48,562 nucleotides of DNA. Origin: Malacoraja senta (lineage: Eukaryota). The notes beneath the pieces are model-generated. The model did not search any database. It saw only the letters and a program-made list of their open reading frames with translations, and was not told the origin of the DNA. The stretch spans positions 1 through 48,562 of the forward strand of contig JAXLNO010000295.1 of NCBI GenBank assembly GCA_038087875.1, read 5' to 3'. Both the position numbers and the translations under genes were made by a program. Within the stretch, counting starts at the first letter, position 1. Each line of letters starts with the position of its first letter. This document shows, one piece after another, positions 21,217 to 34,699 of the stretch.

Positions 21217-24200
21217 TTAAACAAAATCGCCATAGCGGTCAGGCGGTTTGACAAGACGTCCCGCCCGGGTTCGCGTCTCGCCATCCACCCTTCCTGCAGG
21301 AGGAAGAGGCACCGGCGGGGACAGACGAACCTGAAAGGGAGAAACGGGAGGAGACGGAGGAGACCGCGGCACCGAACCCGGAGGGGATGCGAGATCGGGA
21401 CCGGGAAGAGCGCGGGCAGGCGAGCGAGGACTAGTCGGAGTGGGGTGGAACGGAAGGGGCTGAGGAGGAGCAGAACGTTGCATGTCAGGAAGGACGGGCA
21501 GAGCAACGCCCTGACGCGAAACAGGCAGTGGGGGAGCAAAGGGATCCGCGGCAGGAGGACGCGGCTCGTTGACGAGCCGAAGGTGCTGGCGGGACCGTCG
21601 GTAAATGGCTCCAGCGTGGTCGACGAGATAGGACCTGGGCGACCCCGCAGAGCCGACGACAGTAGCGAGCTTGGAGTGACCGGGAGCGGTCTGCATACGG
21701 ACAACTTGACCGGGGAAGAGGCGCGGCAGCGGGTGGCAGGACCTGTCGTGGGAGCGCTGTTGGACGTCGTGCCTGAAGGCAATACGTTTCTGAACCGCCG
21801 CAGGTGGGAGGATGGAGGGTATGAGGGAGCGCTGGGCCACAGGGAGCGGGAGTCTGGTAGCGCGAGACATGAGCCGCCGAGCAGGTGAACCCATGGCAGA
21901 GTCGCGGGAAATGTTCCGAAGGTTGAGGAGGGCCAGATGGAAGTCGGAGTTAATGCCACCACACTGTTCCAACAGGTGCTTCGCGCTGCGGACTGCGCAC
22001 TCGGCCAAACCGTTGCTTTGCGGGTACTCCGGGCTGCTGGTGAAATGGCGGAAGTTCCATCTGGAAGCGAACGCTTTAAACTCTGAGCTCGTGAACTGGC
22101 TGCCATTGTCCGACTGCAGGCTTGCCGGGGGGCCAAAAGTGCCAAAATGAGGGTACAACCTATCGATGACGGCCGAAGAGGTCATGGAATGCAGCCGGTC
22201 GACCACAAACCAGCTGGAGTAGGAGTCAACGAGAACCAGGAAATGTTTGCCCCGCCACTCGAAAATGTCAGCGGCAAGCGCCATCCAGGGCAGTTCGGGC
22301 GCGGGTTGCTGTAGAAGCGGCTGACGCTGCTGGTGGGGGCGAGGCTGTTGCAGGTGGAACACGAGGAGACCCTCTCCCGGATGTATTTGGCCATATCCGG
22401 CCAATAGAACTGGCTCCTGGCGAGAGACACGGTGGCTTCGGCCCCAGGGTGACCGCGGTGTGCGACTTGAAAATAGTGGTCGTGCAGCGCCGCGGGCACA
22501 ACCACTTTGTGACCCTTCACCACCACGCCGTCGTGCAGTACGAGCTCATCCCGAATCAGGAAGTAAGGCACGGCACCAGCCGGCAGTGCCGAACGACGGT
22601 CAGGCCAGCCCTGCCGGATGACGGCAGACAGCTGTTGCAGGGCAGGGTCATTGGTAGTGTGTTCAACCAGGGACTTCATCTGCTGCGAGGGGACGATGTT
22701 CAATCGTAGCACCAATAACTCAGACATTTCATATTGGTGGCGAGCGGTGGACGTCAGCGGGGCGCGAGACAACGTGTCGGCCACGAACATGTCCTTGCCC
22801 TTACGATAAACCACCGTGAACGTGAAGCGCTGGAGCTGCAGCATCATGCGCTGCAGGCGTGATGAGGCCACATGGATCGATTTGTTGAGGATGGTGACAA
22901 GTGGCTGATGGTCAGTTTCAACGGTGAAAGTGTTGCCCACGATGTAGTCCCGGAATTTGGAGCAGGCAAACACCACGGCCAGTAGCTCCTTCTCAATCTG
23001 CGCGTAGTGCTGTTCGGTGGCGGTCATGGTGCGGGACGCGAAGGAGACAGGCAGCTGCAGGCCGTCATGGACCTGGAGACAGGCGGCACCGAGTCCGAAC
23101 TGAGAGGCGTCGCAGGTGAGGACAATGGGACGCTGCAGGTCAAAGAACTTGAGCGTGGGGGTGCTGATCAGCTTAGACTTAAGAATGTCAAATGCCTTCT
23201 GATGGTTGGGTAACCAAAGCCAGGACGTGTCCTTTTTGATCAGATCCCTCAGGGGAGCGCTGAGCTCGCTGAGGTCGGGGATGAACTTCCCCAGGTAGTT
23301 TACCAAGCCGAGGAAGCGTTGCAGGCCTGCCACATTGGTAGGAGGGGGCATCCCTGAGATGGCAGCCGTTTTCTGCGGGTCTGGCTTTAATCCCTCAGCG
23401 GTGAATACATGTCCAACATAGGTGACCTCCGAGACGCGGAATCGGCACTTCTTGGGGTTCAGTTTCACGTTGATTTGCCGGGCCCGGTCCAGGACCAGGC
23501 GGAGGTTGACATCGTGTTCAGCAACGTCCTTACCGTAAACGAGGATGTCATCAACAATTATGGCGCAAGGTAGACCTAAAAACAACTGCTCCATTGTCCG
23601 CTGAAATACCTCGCTGGCAGAGTTGATCCCGAATGGCATTCGGAGGAACCGAAACCTTCCGTAGGGGGTGGCGAAAGTTGTCAAAATGGACGACCGCTCG
23701 TCCAGTGGTATCTGCCAGAAGGAGCTTTTGGCATCGAGGACAGAAAAAACCGTTGCTGGACCAACCTGTGCAGCGACGTCTTCCACCGTTCTCATAGGGT
23801 AGTGAGGGCGTCGAATGGCCAGGTTGAGGTCTTTGGGGTTGATGCAGATGCGTATCTCGCTCATGTCCTTTTTAGCAGCAACAACCATGGAAGAGACCCA
23901 GCTGGTGGGCTCGACGACCGCCTTTAGGACGCCCATTTGTACCATACTGTGTAGGGTCGCCTCCACTCTGTCCCTCATGGCGAAGGAGACACGGTGAGGA
24001 GCATGGACCACAGGAACGATCTTGTGATCCACTTCAATCTTGTAGCTGCAGGGTAGTTTGCCTAGTTTATCATCAAAGCGGTCGGGATAATCGGCCAGCG
24101 GGTCCATAAGAGTCTGCACCTGGTGGATGTCCCGGTGGAAGTACACCAGTCCCATTTCCTGGCATGCCTGGATCCCCAGCAGGGGAATGCATTTTCGATT

Positions 24201-25388
24201 GAGGAGATAGAAGGTGAGGGGCCGAGTGGTCTCTAGTATCTTACAGTGTAGCGTGGCCTTGCCCACAGGAGTAAGAATCTCCCCACCGTAGGCATGCAAG
24301 GTTGAGCTCTGGGAAAATATCTGCTCATTAGTTCTTATCTGGTTGAAAAGGGATGTTGACATTACGTTGGTCACCGCCCCCGTGTCGATTTTAGCAGTGA
24401 AGGTCGAGTTGTTCACAGTGACTTGCACAGAAGGATCCGTTATCATAGCAGGTGCGTCCAACACGGTAAACAAGTTGGTCTCCCCCTGAGAGGAGTCAGA
24501 TGTAGAAACAGAATGTTCATCGGAATAGCACTGGGAGCTGAGCTCATTGTCAGCTTGTAGAAGGTTGTTTAAATTTCCCCTTCGAGCAGCGACAGGCTTC
24601 CCACGGGAACGACAAGCCGCAGCAAAATGGTTCAATTTATTGCAGACCTTACAAGTTTTTTCCAAAGCAGGGCACACATTGAATTGATGAGTTGTGAAGT
24701 TGCAATTAGGGCACCTTTGCCGGGGACCTCCCCCTGTAGCAGCACCGAACCCCGGGGCGCGTCCCCCTCGAGCAGCGAGCGACCCTGGGGGTCGCGACTG
24801 GGGTATGTTCATGAGATGACTGGGAGTGCTGGCAAAGTTGATCGCCTGCTCAGCCGGCGCCGCCGCCGAGGAAACAGCGTCAGCTAAGCGAGTAGCGTGC
24901 ATAGCATCGGCTAAAGTCAGATCCGGCTTGCGCAGAAGTTCGGCCCTGAGCTTCTCATCACGGAGACCGTAAACCAGAAGGTCCCTGATAATCTCATCGG
25001 GGTTCCACGCGTGGAGGCGGCAGCGCCTTCCGAGGTGCCGCAGCGCAATGACATAGTTCTCAGCAGATTCCCCAGGGAGCTGACGCCGCACGAACAGTTT
25101 AAAACGTTCTAAGATGCAATTAGTCGGAATGTCACAAATAGCGTCAAACTTAGCCAACAGACATACCGGGTCCCGAGCTGATTCTCCAACAGCGTAGACG
25201 AAGAAGTCGGAGCGAGTCAGGGCCTCGGGACCAGCCAAGTTGAGAAGCAGAGAGGCTTTGAGAGCGGGGGTGGCGCCAGGATGAGCGATCGTGAAATAGT
25301 GTTCAAAGTCACGTTTGAATATGTCCCATCGAAGGGCGATGTCTAAATCAAAAACGAGCACATCGGGCTTACGGGCAGAAGAGGCCAT
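21217..25388 (-). CDS. Gag-Pol polyprotein with a single frameshift at about 22337
   Basis: Two Cys/His knuckles, protease IDTGA, RT IVDD, RNase H CDAS/EKE/TDH/D, integrase HHCC and D-D-E (DIF, SDNG, GLAE). ORFs 22182..25418 and 21217..22404 join at a homopolymer run. Confidence 0.92.
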
Positions 25389-25484
25389 GACAAAGAAACA
25401 GGAGGGCGGGGGAAACAAAAAACTGGGACAAAATTAAATGATAAACCGATAAACAGGAGGCGCAAGGTAAGTTATTTGACACCA

Positions 25485-25593
25485 TGTAAAGGATTCATAA
25501 CGGGTGGGGAGGTTGTAGATATACTTGTGATATGGGGAGTGGTTAGTAGGTATGAGGTCACTATGTTAAAGGCACATGCATATCTCATCTACA
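25485..25593 (-). repeat. 5' LTR (109 bp, internally deleted)
   Basis: TG...CA ends; about 95 bp shorter than the 3' LTR. Confidence 0.9.
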
Positions 25594-28057
25594 GTAAACC
25601 CGGATCAAACGGGATTTATACCCAAAAGACAATCATTTAATAACTTGAGAAGGCTTTTCAATATAATGTACTCTCACAAAGAGGACATTGAAGATATTTC
25701 AGTCGTTACGCTGGATGCAGAGAAGGCATTTGATCAGGTAGAATGGCAGTATTTATATAAGGTACTCGAAAAATTTAAGACGGGAGAGAATTTTATTAGA
25801 TGGGTTAAACTACTTTATGATAAACCTATGGCAAGAATATTAACTAACAATATGTTATCTTCAAAATTTTATTTATCAAGGGGTAATAGGCAGGGTTGTG
25901 CCTTATCACCATTGCTATTTGCCCTTATGATAGAACCGTTGGCTGAAAGGATTAGAAATCATCCGAATATTCACGGACATAATACCAAGGACTCAAAGAA
26001 TAAAATTTCATTATATGCTGATGATATTCTTTTATATATTACTAATACACAAACGAGTATTCCCACCTTATTAACACTAATTGAGGAATTTGGTTCTTTT
26101 TTCAGGATATAGAATAAATTGGAATAAAAGCGAAATCATGTCTTTAAAACCACAGGATGCGAGACACTTAATAAAATTCCCTTTCAAAATTGCAACAGAA
26201 AAATTCAAGTATTTAGGTATTCAAATTACGAGAAGACACAAATCATTATTTAGCGCCAATTTTATGCCACTATTAAATAAATTGAATGTTATGATTAAAT
26301 TTTGGAAAACGCTCCCACTCTCATTGATAGGTAGAATTAACGCTATAAAAATGACTTTCTTACCACAATTAATATATTTGTTTCAAGCGATTCCAATATA
26401 TATTCCGAAATATTTTTTCAAAAAACTAGATTCTAATATCACTAATTTTATATGGGATTGTAGAGCACACAGAATTCAACGAAAGCATTTGTGTAAACCT
26501 AAAGAAGCTGGGGGTTTATCAATACCTAACTTTACGTATTACTACTGGGCACTGCATATTAAGAACATAATATACTGGTTGGATAGTTCAACTCACCAGT
26601 CGGAGTGGATAAGAATGGAAAAAGAGGAGTGTTCCCCGTATGATATAGAAACGATCTTGTTCTCACCAATAAAATTGAATAGTATAATATATAAGAACCC
26701 AATTATTCACAATACAATAAGAATTTGGAAACAAATAAAATTATCCTTGAAATTAAATAATCTATCAGTATTAACCCCAATTCTGAATAATCCTGCATTC
26801 AAACCATCTCTTATCGATAAAACATATAAACAATGGGATAGATTGGGGATTAGGAAAGTAGGAGATATGTATGAACTGGGCAAATTGTTATCATTTCAAC
26901 AATTAAAATTAAAATTTAAACTGAATGATAATCAATATTTTTAAATATATACAGATATGTGACTTTATGAAGAAATACATACATAGATTTCAAACTATAT
27001 TTTTAGACACTTTAGAAGAAGCAATGAATATTAAGGCTGATTTCACAAAAACTAATATCATATTTTTATAATAGTATATTAAATAGAGAATTACCCTCAA
27101 CAGAGGCACTAAGAGAAGATTGGGAACATGAACTAATGATAACATCCCGAAAGATAGATGGGAAAAGTATCTGACGAATACACATAATTGTTCCATTAAT
27201 GCAAGACATAATTTAATTCAATTTAAATTATTACATAGACTATATTATTCAAAAACGAGGTTGAATAAATTTTACCCAAATGTCTCTCCCAGATGCGATA
27301 AATGTTTGTTTCAAAATGCCAATATAACACATACATTTGTAGGATGTACAAAGTTTAATACATTTTGGAGCGATATATTTGATATATTTACAAAGCTCTT
27401 CAAGTCAAGAATAGAACCTAATATGGAATGGATTATATTTGGAATAATATTAGAAGATATCAATTTAAACAAAGACCAAAAAGTATTCTTTAATTATGGG
27501 TTAATAATTGGAAAGAAATTGATACTTAAATTTTGGAAAAATACAGCTATACCAACTATTAAAATGTGGATTAGGAATATGACGGACATAGCACACCTTG
27601 AAGAAATGAGACTCCGCCTAATAGATAAATATGACCAATTCTTAAGGAGTTGGTCCCCTTTCATCGACTTTTTGGAATCATGTGATGCAGCAGTACCGTA
27701 AAGATTACTGATTTCAGGTCAGGTCGTGGATAGATTTACATCTCCAAACAAAGATTTGAAAATTTCTTTTTTAAGGGTCTTTTTCTACTATTTCTACTTC
27801 CTATTTTTTCTTTTCTTATATACACACTTCACGTTTTTCTATTTTCTACTATTTATTTTTCCTCTTTCTTTTCTCTATTTTTTTCTTTCTTTTTTTAAAT
27901 TTTTTACCTCCTTTTCAAAAAACATAAAACTAGAGGTTGTACATAGAATGCATTACGTTATGACATAGTTGGCACCTAAAATTAGGTGCCACTGTATTGT
28001 TTTGTATTGTATTAACTTCTAATAAAATAAACAAAAACAAAAATAAAAACAAAAAAA
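25594..28057 (+). mobile_element. L1-clade LINE, 5'-truncated, frameshifted ORF2
   Basis: PDQTGFI, LDAEKAFD, RGNRQGCALSPLLF, LYADD, FKYLGI and a C-terminal CDKC..H...C motif. AT-rich 3' UTR and A-rich tail at 28020-28057. Confidence 0.92.
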
Positions 28058-28756
28058 GTGCGGCCTTTTGAATTTTGTAGAACAAATCCTTTTATTTTTA
28101 TTGATATCTTTTTGTTCGTCTTTTATTATTTTTATTTTAATCTTTAAATGAACGTATTTAAAATACCAAAGAGTAAGATTCAACAAAATCAGCATTTTTT
28201 AGCATTCAAATTAGCATTTCAACCTCACCTAGTTGTTGTCTCCAAGGCTGCTATAGAACTACAGATGGAATTGATTGAGCTCTCAGAAGATGACATTTTA
28301 AAGTCCTTATTTGACACTGAAAGATCCGATTGAAATATGGAAAAATGCAATAGAATACCCACGTCTTCGGCAACATGCACGAAAAATGCTTTCTTGCTTT
28401 TCCACCACTTATTGCTGCGAATCTATGTTCTTCTATCTAACCCAAATCAAGACGCCCTTAAGGTCACAAATGACGGATACTCATCTAGAAGATCAGCTGA
28501 AACTGCGTACCTCCATGTTACAACCAAATATTCAAATGCTTTCCCACAGAAAACAGTCACAACAAAGTCATCAAAAGGTTAGTTAACTTTAGAATTAACA
28601 ATTTTTTTTCATTATCTTGAAGTTAGTACATAGTAGTTAGATTTTTACAAAAAGAATACATTTTGAACTCTCTAATTGAAGTTTCATGGATGTGGCCTTA
28701 TTAGATTATAGCTAATTTAATGTGGCATTCCAACATGAAAAGGTTCCCCACCGCTG
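28058..28756 (+). mobile_element. hAT (Charlie/Buster-like) DNA transposon 3' remnant
   Basis: LQMELIEL and YPRLRQHARKMLSCFSTTYCCES..F...K..LRSQMTD.HL correspond to the hAT dimerisation domain. 3' TIR ggttccccaccgctg, followed by ggcTAacg (NNNTANNN-type target). Confidence 0.85.
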
Positions 28757-28764
28757 GGCTAACG

Positions 28765-29203
28765 TCTATAATTCCGTTTTCTCTCTCCCGCCTATCTTAA
28801 AAAGTGGGATAACATTAGCTACCATCCAATCCACAGGAACTGATCCTGAATCTAGAGAACATTGGAAAATGATCACCAATGCGTCCAAGATTTCTAGAGT
28901 CACTTCCTTAAGTACACTGGGATGCAGACCATCAGGCCCTGTGGATTTATCAGCCTTCAGTCCCATCAGTCTACCCAACGCCATTTTCTGGCTAATGTGG
29001 ATTTCCTTCAGTTCCTCCGTCACCCTAGATCCTCTGGCCACTAGTACATCAGGAAGATTGTTTGTGTCCTCCTTAGTGAAGACAGATCCAAAGTAATTGT
29101 TCAACTCATCTGGCATTTCCTTGTTCCCCATAATAAATTCACCTTTTTCAGTCTTCAACTGTCCAACTTTGGTCTTAACTAATGTTTTCCTCTTCACATA
29201 CGT
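28765..29203 (-). mobile_element. CR1 LINE internal fragment
   Basis: ORF 28766..29197 contains LNNYFGSVFTKED..KSTGPDGLHP..WMVANVIPLFK. Confidence 0.9.
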
Positions 29204-29700
29204 AAAGAAGGAACGGCAGATGCTGGTTTAGAAAGAGAGATCTCCTGGAGTAACTTGCACCTCTGGAGAGCATGGACAGGCAACATTCTAGGTCAGGACC
29301 CTTCTTCAGACTGCTTGGTGTGGGGGGTGGAGAAAGTTGTAAAGGAGAGGTGGGAGTGGTCGCCTTAGATTGCCTTCCCTCTACAGATGCGGCCTGACCC
29401 ACGGAGTTCCTCCACTTCTTTAGAGGGAATGGACAGACAACGTTTTAAGTCAGGACCCTTCTTCAGACTGAGTGGAGAGGGTGGGGGGAGGAAGCTGGAA
29501 AAGAGAGATGGGGGCTGGACAAAGCCTGGCAAGTGATAGGTGGACACAAAATGCTGGAGTAACTCAGCGGGACAGGCAGCATCTCTAGAGAGAAGGAATG
29601 GGTGACGTTTCAGGTTGAGACCCTTCTTCAGAAGTGATAGGTGGATAAGGTGAGGGAGACACAAGATACTGCAGATGCTGGAATCTTGGATAGAACACAA
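29204..29700 (-). mobile_element. Cluster of Penelope-type repeat fragments (three hammerhead-like cores)
   Basis: gacccttcttcaga occurs at about 29297, 29455 and 29619. Confidence 0.6.
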
Positions 29701-30021
29701 TTTAGTTAGATGCACAGAATCTCTTGCCCAGTGGGGGAATCGAGGACTGGAGGACATGGGTTCAAGGTGAAGGGGAAAAGATTTAAAAGGAAACTGAGGG
29801 GTAACTTTTTCACACTGAGTTGGTGGGAGTATGGAACAAACTGTCAGAGGAGGCAGTTGAGGCTGTGACTATCCCAAGAAAGTTAGTTACATGGATAGGA
29901 CAAGTTTGGAGGGATATGGACCAAACACAGGCAGGTGGGACTAGTGTAGCTGGGACATGTTGGTCGGTGTGGGCAAGTTGGGCCGAAGGGCCTGTTTCCA
30001 CACTGTATCACCCTATGACTA
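29700..30021 (+). mobile_element. CR1 LINE 3' fragment (second subfamily)
   Basis: Reads VGVWNKL.EE.VEA and ends gggccgaagggcctgtttccacactgtat. Confidence 0.75.
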
Positions 30022-30187
30022 ACACAAAGTGCTGGAGTAACTCAGCGGGTCAGGCAGCATCTGTGGAGAACATGGATAGGTGACATTCACAGAGTGCTGG
30101 AGTAACTTAGCGGGTCAGGCAGCATCTCTGGAGACCATGGATAGGTGACATTTCAGGGTGCTGGAGTAACTCAGCAGGACAGGCAGG
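30022..30187. repeat. About 65-bp tandem repeat (2.5 copies) of the Penelope-type segment
   Basis: gtgctggagtaact(c/t)agc repeats at about 30029, 30094 and 30158. Confidence 0.85.
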
Positions 30188-33100
30188 TAGTGCAGGAGTC
30201 CCCCGCGGTCATCTCCCTCCTAAACAGATATACCATTTTGGATACTGTTGGGGGAGATGGCTCATCAGGGGAAGGCAGCAGCAGCCAAGTGCATGGCACC
30301 GTGGATGGCTCTGCGGCACAGGAGGGGAGGAAAAAGTGTGGAAGGGCTATAGTAATAGGGGATTCAATTGTAAGGGGAACAGATAGGCGTTTCTGCAGCT
30401 GCAAACGAGACTCCAGAATGGTATGTTGCCTCCCTGGTGCAAGGGTCAGGGATGTCTCTGAGCGGCTGCAGAACATTCTGGAGGGGGGGGGTGAACAGCC
30501 AGTTATCGTGGTGCACATTGGCACCAACGATATAGGTAAAAACGGGATGAGGTCCTACAAGGTGAATTTAGGAAGCTCAAAGGTAATAATCTCTGGATTA
30601 CCACCAGTGCCACGTGCTAGTCAGAGTAGAAAGAGGCAGATATTTCGGATGAATACGTGGCTTGAAAAATGGTGCAAGGGGGAGGGATTTAAATTTCTAG
30701 GGCATTGGAACCATTCTGGGGGAGGTGGGACCAGTACAAACAGGACGGTCTGCACCTGGGCTGGAATGGAACCAATGTCCTTGGTGGAGTGTTTGCTAGT
30801 GCTGTCGGGGAGGATTTAAACTAATGTGGCAGGGCGATGGGAGCATGAGCAGAGAGACAGAGGGGTGTAAAATGAGGGTAGAAGCAATAGGTAGCAAGGT
30901 GAAAAGTAAAAGTGGCAGGCAGACAAATCCTGGGCTAAAATTAAAAAGAGCCACTTTTCAACATAATTGTATAAGGGGTAATAAGACTGTTGTTAAAACA
31001 AGCCTGAAGGCTTTGTGTCTCAATGCAAGGAGAATTCGTAATAAGGTGGATGAGTTGAATGTGCAGACAGTTATTAATGAATATGATATAGTTGGGATCA
31101 CGGAGACATGGCTCCAGGGTGACCAAGGCTGGGAGCTGAACATCAAGGGATATTCAAAATTCAGGAGGGATAGACAGAAAGGAAAAGGAGGTGGGGTAGC
31201 GTTGCTGGTTAGAGAGGAGATTAACGCAATAGAAAGGAAGTACATTAGCTTGGAGGATGTGGAATCGATATGCGTAGAGCTGCGAAACACTAAGGGGCAG
31301 AAAACGCGAGTGGGAGTTGTGTGCAGGCCACCTAACAGTAGTAGTGGAATTGGGGATGGCATCAAACAGGAAATTAGAAATGCGTGCAACAAAGGTAAAA
31401 CAGTTATAATGGGTGACTTCAATCTACATATAGATTGGGTGAATCAAATTGGCAGGGGTGCTGAGGAAGAGGATTTCTTGGAATGTATGCGGGATAGTTT
31501 TCTAAATCAACATGTAGAGGAACCAACGAGAGAGCAGGCTATTCTAGACTGGGTATTGAATAATGAGGAAGGGTTAGTTAGCAGTCTTGTTGCGCGTGGC
31601 CCCTTGGGCAAGCGTCACCATAATATGGTTGAGTTCTTCATTAGGATGGAGAGTGACATAGTTAATTCAGAAACAAGGGTTCTGAACTTAAAGAAATGTA
31701 ACTTTGAGGGTATGAGACGTGAATTTGGCCAAGATAGACTGGCAATTGAATCTTAAAGAATTGACGGTGGATATGCAATGGAAGGCATTTAAAGACCGCA
31801 TGGATGAACTACAACAATTGTTCATCCCAGTTTGGCAAAAGAATAAATCAGGGAAGGTAGTGCATCCGTGGATAACAAGTGAAATCAGGGATAGTATCAA
31901 AACAAAAGATGAAGCATACAAATTAGCCAGAAAAAGCAGCCTACCAGAGGACTGGGAGAAATTCAGAGTCCAGCAGAGGAGGACAAAGGGCTTAATTAGG
32001 AAAGGGAAAATAGATTATGAAAGAAAACTGGCAGGGAATATAAAAACTGACTGCAAAAGTTTTTATAGATATGCGAAGAGAAAAAGATTAGTTAAATCAA
32101 ATGTAGGTCCCTTGCAGTCAGAAACAGGTGAATTGATCATGCGGAACAAGGACATGGCAGACCAATTGAATAACTACTTTGGTTCTAACTTTACTAAGCA
32201 AGACATAAATAATCTGCCGTAAATAGCAGGGGACCGGGGGTCAAATGAGATGGAGGAACTGAGTGAAATCCAGGTTAGTCGGGAAGTGGTGTTAGGTAAA
32301 TTGAATGGATTAAAGGCCAATAAATCACCAGGGCCAGATAGGCTGCATCCCAGAGTGCTTAAGTAAGTAGCCCCAGAAATAGTGGGTGCATTAGTGATAA
32401 TTTTTCAAAACTCTTTAGATTCTGGAGTAGTTCCTGAGGATTGGAGGGTAGCTAATGTAACCCACTTTTTAAAAATGGAGGGAGAGAGAAAACGGGGTAT
32501 TACAGACCAGTTAGTCTATCATTGGTAATGGGGAAAATGCTCGAGTCAGTTATTAAAGATGGGATAGCAGCACATTTGGAAAGTGGTGAAATCATTGGAC
32601 AAAATCAGCATGGATTTATGAAAGGTAAATCATGGCTGACGAATCATAGAATTTTCGAGGATGAAACTAGTAGAGTGGATAAGGGGGAACCAGTGGATGT
32701 GTTATATCTCGACTTTCATAAGGCTTTTGACAAGGTCCCACATAAGAGATTAGTATGCAAACTTAAAGCACACGGTATTGGGGGTGGGGGGGTCAGTATT
32801 GATGTGGATAGAGAACTAGGGCAGTATTGAAGTGGATAGAGAACTAGGGCAGACAGGAAGCAAACAGTAGGAGTAAACAGGTCCTTTTCAGAATGGCAGG
32901 CAGAATCAGTGCTGGGACCCCAGCTATTTACAATATATATTAATGATTTGGACGAGGGAATTGAATGCAACATCTCCAAGTTTGCGGATGACATGAAGCT
33001 GTGTTAGCTGTGAGGAGGATGCTTGGGGGCTGCAAGGTGACTTGGATAGGTTGGGAGAGTGGGCAAATGCATGGCCGATGCAGTATAATGTGGATAAATA

Positions 33101-33696
33101 TGAGGTTATCCACTTTGGTGGCAAGATCAGGAAAGTAGACTTATATCTGAATGGTGGCCGATTAGGAAAAGGGGAGATGCAACGAGACCTGGGTGTAATA
33201 GTACACCAGCCATTGAAAGTATGCATGCAGGTGCAGCAGGCAGTGAAGAAAGCGAATGGTATGTTAGCGTTCATAGCAAAAAGGATTTTGAATATAGGAG
33301 CAGGGAGGTTCTACAGCAGTTGTACAGGGCCTTGGTCAGACCACACCTGGAGTATTGCGTACAGTTTTGGTCTCCTAATCTGAGGAAAGACATTCTTGCC
33401 ATAGAGGGAGTACAGAGATGGTTCACCAGACTGATTCCCGGGATGGCAGAATTTTCATATGAAGAAAGACTGGATAGACTCGGCATGTACTCGCTAGAAT
33501 TTAGAAGACTGAGGGGGGATCTTATAGAAACCTACAAAATTCTTAAGGGGTTGGACAGGATAGATGCAGGAAGATTGTTCCCGATGTTGGGGAAGTCCAG
33601 AACAAGGGTGTCACAGTTAAAGGATAAGGGGGAAGTCTTTTTGGACAGAGATGAGAAAAAAAATGTTCACACAGAGAGTGGTGAATCTGTGGAATT
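30182..33696 (+). mobile_element. Near-full-length degenerate CR1 LINE (ORF1 esterase-like domain; ORF2 APE endonuclease plus RT)
   Basis: IVIGDSIVRG, CLPGA and HIGTND (SGNH esterase); GITETWL, GGGVAL, MGDFN and ILDWV (APE); RT motifs follow with many frameshifts. The 3' end is cut by the DIRS element. Confidence 0.93.
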
Positions 33697-34259
33697 TTTC
33701 TTCGGAGTCACGTGAGTGACTACGTGAAGAAAGCCGTCCCCACGCGTGAACGTCATTACGTCTGTCGCGTTGCGCAATGACCGACTGGTGGGCGCGTTGC
33801 TGCTTTCCAGCGGTAAATTTAAACCTAAAGGTAAGTTTGAAACTTAATTTCTAGGGTTTGTGTTTTGTGTTTTGTGTTGCAGGAAGCTCCTTGCAGAGCT
33901 TGCCTGCTGGATTCGGGGCGAAGTCCGGACGGGCCGCGGGGGGCCTTTAGGACCGCGGGGGGCCTTTAGGACCGCGGGGAACCCCTGTCACGGACGGCAG
34001 GGAATCCCGGTCACTACCTCGGGGAATCCCGGCCACGGACCGTGGGGAACCCGCTATGGATACCGCGGAAGTGCGGATAGCGGCCGGCGGTCAAAATTCG
34101 CCTTTTTTCGAGTCACTGGCGGTAGAGCCAACGGCTACAGACTTGGTGCCGACAGTGAGCACCTTTCCTACCCCGCAGGGGAGAAAAAGTCACTAAAGGT
34201 CTGTCAGGGCCCTGGATGAGTCGGGCCAGGAGGACTCTCCTCCTTCTATGGGCAGTGTG

Positions 34260-34699
34260 TGATATAATTTTTTATTAGAAGCAAACATATTACAATGTAG
34301 AGTAACATATTATAATAGAATAGAAGAAAAAACTTTTCATATACATCAATCATTCATACATTATTAAATTTGTCAATTGTCAGTTAATTCTGCTTCTAGT
34401 GGTTTTTTTTATATAGATAGAAAAAGAAAAATAGAGAGAAAGTAGAGAAAGAAAGAAGAATTTCAATATCAAAAAAGAAAAAAAGGTGGAATGAATAACT
34501 TATAAAACGTCATAGGAGATAAGTTCGTAGGTTATGAAATATAATTACATCTAATCCTTAGTTCAAGCTTCAGTCGGGCTTTCGCGCTGGGCCACTCTGT
34601 CCCTTCAAATAGGCAATGAGTGGAGCCCATATTTTAACAAAAAGTTCTTGCTTGTCCATTAAGACAAGTCTAATTCTTTCTAGATGTAGGGTCTCCGAC
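34260..34699 (-). mobile_element. L1 3'-end insertion with 15-bp target-site duplication
   Basis: tctatgggcagtgtg at 34245-34259 and 34700-34714. The minus strand reads ETLHLERIRLVL...KIWAPL, then a 3' UTR, AATAAA and an A-tail. Confidence 0.85.

Larger units (their letters stand above)
20944..25593 (-). mobile_element. Gypsy/Ty3 LTR retrotransposon (Mag-like), nearly intact
   Basis: TG...CA LTRs at 20944-21147 and 25485-25593. PBS TGGTGTCA sits next to the 5' LTR and PPT GAAGAGGAAAGA next to the 3' LTR. Gag-pol domain order is PR-RT-RH-IN. Confidence 0.97.

Noticed and set aside
22182..22404. Programmed ribosomal frameshift between the two Gypsy ORFs
   Set aside because: The shift lies within integrase rather than at the gag/pol boundary and has no slippery heptamer; a 1-bp indel explains it.
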